From an uncultured Gemmatimonadales bacterium (lineage in GTDB: Bacteria; Gemmatimonadota; Gemmatimonadetes; Gemmatimonadales; GWC2-71-9): a stretch of 64,000 nt of DNA. Positions 62,260 to 64,000 of the stretch are shown here, in pieces. Under the pieces are notes generated by a model. It ran no database searches. It saw only the letters and a program-made list of their open reading frames with translations, and was not told the origin of the DNA. The stretch spans positions 64,001 to 128,000 of the forward strand of contig CAWGED010000010.1 in the NCBI GenBank assembly GCA_963821525.1, written 5' to 3'. Positions within the stretch are counted from its first letter, which is position 1. The number at the start of each line of letters is the position of its first letter. A program made the translations under genes and the position numbers.

Positions 62260-62745
62260 ATGGGGAGCGATCGTCGGATACTGGAGCCTGAACCCTTGAG
62301 CCTGCCGCCCGTGACCGACGCGGACCACTACCGGAAACTCGAACACCTCTACGCCGCCGCTCCTATTTCGCGCTGGTACGGCATCTCGATCGCGATCTCC
62401 GACGGCAAGGCCGAGGTCCGGCTCCCGGTCCGTCCCGAGTTCTACCACGCGGCGAATGCGGTACACGGCTCGGTGTACTTTCGTGCGCTGGATGATGCGG
62501 CCTTCTTCGCCGCCAACTCCAGGGTACGGGAGGTCCTGGTCCTCACCGTTTCGTTCACGGTGCAGTTCGCGCAACCGGTTATGAACGGGGAAATGCGGGC
62601 CGTGGGCCGGTTGGTGCACGAGAGCGGCCGGCTGTTCATGGCGGAGTCGGATCTGCTCGACGAGGCGGGAAAGCTGTTGGCCCGGGGCAGCGGTGTCTTC
62701 ACCCGGAGCGCGATAGCGCTGGATCCGAGCATCGGCTACGCGTAA
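62260..62745 (+). CDS. PaaI family thioesterase
   Basis: HAANAVHGSVYFRALDDAAFFA; start may be GTG at 62311. Confidence 0.85.
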   Translation: MGSDRRILEPEPLSLPPVTDADHYRKLEHLYAAAPISRWYGISIAISDGKAEVRLPVRPEFYHAANAVHGSVYFRALDDAAFFAANSRVREVLVLTVSFTVQFAQPVMNGEMRAVGRLVHESGRLFMAESDLLDEAGKLLARGSGVFTRSAIALDPSIGYA

Positions 62746-62787
62746 TCTGCAGGGCAATGCCGAGCACCCTCTTACTGGCGAGAACCC

Positions 62788-63012
62788 GTGATCCGCTTTG
62801 ATGCCAGGGCGCTCTACGTCGCCCTCGACGAACAACGGCGAGCCCGGGAGATGTCCTGGGAGCAACTCGCCGCCGCAATCGGTGTCAGCGCGGCGACGAT
62901 CACCCGCACCCGGATCGGCGGACGCCTGGAAGTGGATGGGATGCTGGCGATGGTGTCCTGGCTGGGCGTCCCGGTAGAGACGTTTACGCGGGAGGTCCGG
63001 GGCCGCTCGTGA
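62788..63012 (+). CDS. Small XRE-like HTH protein
   Basis: FD..ALY.ALD..R..R.MSW.QLA..IGVS. Confidence 0.7.
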   Translation: MIRFDARALYVALDEQRRAREMSWEQLAAAIGVSAATITRTRIGGRLEVDGMLAMVSWLGVPVETFTREVRGRS

Positions 63013-63040
63013 GGGAGGTTGCGGGTAAGGACGTCGATCG

Positions 63041-63714
63041 ATGAAGACCCTGCTCTTCGGTGCGACCGGTATGGTGGGCACCGGAGTCCTGCTCGAATGC
63101 CTGGCCGATGACCGGGTGACCGCAGTGACAGCGATCGGTCGCTCACCCTCGGGCCGTACCCATCCCAAGTTGACCGACTTGCCGCACCAGGACTTCCTGC
63201 ACTACGAGTCGCTCCAGCCGAAACTCACCGGATACGATGCGTGCTTCTTCTGCCTCGGCGTATCGTCGCTCGGGCTGGACGAAGCAGCGTACACCCGCAT
63301 CACCTACGACTACACGCTCGCCGCCGCTCGAGCCTGTCCTGGCTGCCAATCCCGCCGGCACCTTCTGCTACATCTCCGGAGCCGGAACCGACTCGACCGA
63401 ACGGGGCCGCTCGATGTGGGCCAGAGTCAAAGGCCGTACCGAAAACGATCTTCTCGCCCTCGGCTTCCGCCGGGCCTACATGCTCCGCCCCGGCTTCATC
63501 CAGCCGGTCAAAGGCGTGCGGTCGAAGACCGGATGGTATCAGGCCTTCTATACCGTCCTGACGCCAGTGTCTCCGGTGATTCGTGCGCTGTTTCCGGGGC
63601 TTGCGACGACGACGTCTGCGGTGGGGCGAGCGATGATCCGGCTTGGGCTTGAAGGCTACTCAAGACCCATCGTCACCACTCGGGATATCAACCTGCTTGG
63701 CGGGCGAAACTTGA
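63041..63714 (+). CDS. NAD-dependent epimerase/NAD(P)H-binding protein (frameshift near 63330; end uncertain)
   Basis: FGATGMVG, CFFCLGVSS + YISGAG, WARVKG.TEN, RPGFIQP. Confidence 0.8.
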
Positions 63715-63818
63715 TGTGGCATCGGGTGCCGCGATCGCGACCCTCGTCGGTCGGAAAAGCCGAACGGCACGGCAAGCGACCTGGCCCGCCGTGCCGTCGG
63801 GTTTGTAGAGGGACGCTC

Positions 63819-64000
63819 CTACATCGCGCTGTGCGCGTGGGACGAGAAGAAGGAGTCCGCCGCCTCCTTCAGTTCTTCCGGGGCTCATGTCCTTGACGTG
63901 CTGGGCGAGCCACCACTTGTGGCCGAAGGGATCTTCGAAACAGCCGCCCCGGTCTCCCCAGAACTGGTCGGCCAGGGGCATGACTTCTTTTCCGCCGGCC
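63819..64000 (-). CDS. VOC/glyoxalase (PhnB-like) protein, partial 3' end
   Basis: MPLADQFWGDRGG.FEDPFGHKWWLA; indel near 63885. Confidence 0.85.

Overview
GC-rich bacterial chromosomal window, most likely Gemmatimonadota (inferred from the 'ALADRYRLERELGTGGMATVYLA' Ser/Thr kinase family and gene content). Most of it is a long run of short, co-oriented accessory genes: GNATs, cupins, DinB, DHFR-like, SAM methyltransferases, hydrolases, SulP and membrane proteins. Three minus-strand modules interrupt the run: a four-gene minor type IV pilin cluster with a sigma54 promoter (8.3-11.2 kb), a respiratory operon (41.8-49.5 kb), and an ECF sigma/Ser-Thr kinase pair (53-56 kb). The respiratory operon runs Cyc2-like cytochrome-porin, diheme cytochrome c, type-1 copper protein, coxB, coxA, coxC, coxC', coxD and a small membrane protein, paralleling the Acidithiobacillus rus iron-oxidation operon. 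Other highlights: a 119-aa membrane ORF missed by the ORF track, with an in-frame UGA followed 11 nt later by an fdhF-like SECIS hairpin (putative selenoprotein, 14699-15058); intergenic palindromic elements built from 9-bp periodic arms (2.4-3.1, 14.4, 27.1, 38.7 kb); a secreted protein of four diverged Cys-pair repeats; and two matching ECF42-type promoters. More than 20 single-base frameshifts split otherwise intact genes and are most likely long-read consensus errors. No rRNA, tRNA, CRISPR array or transposase was seen. All family assignments are from motif recognition only; no searches were run.
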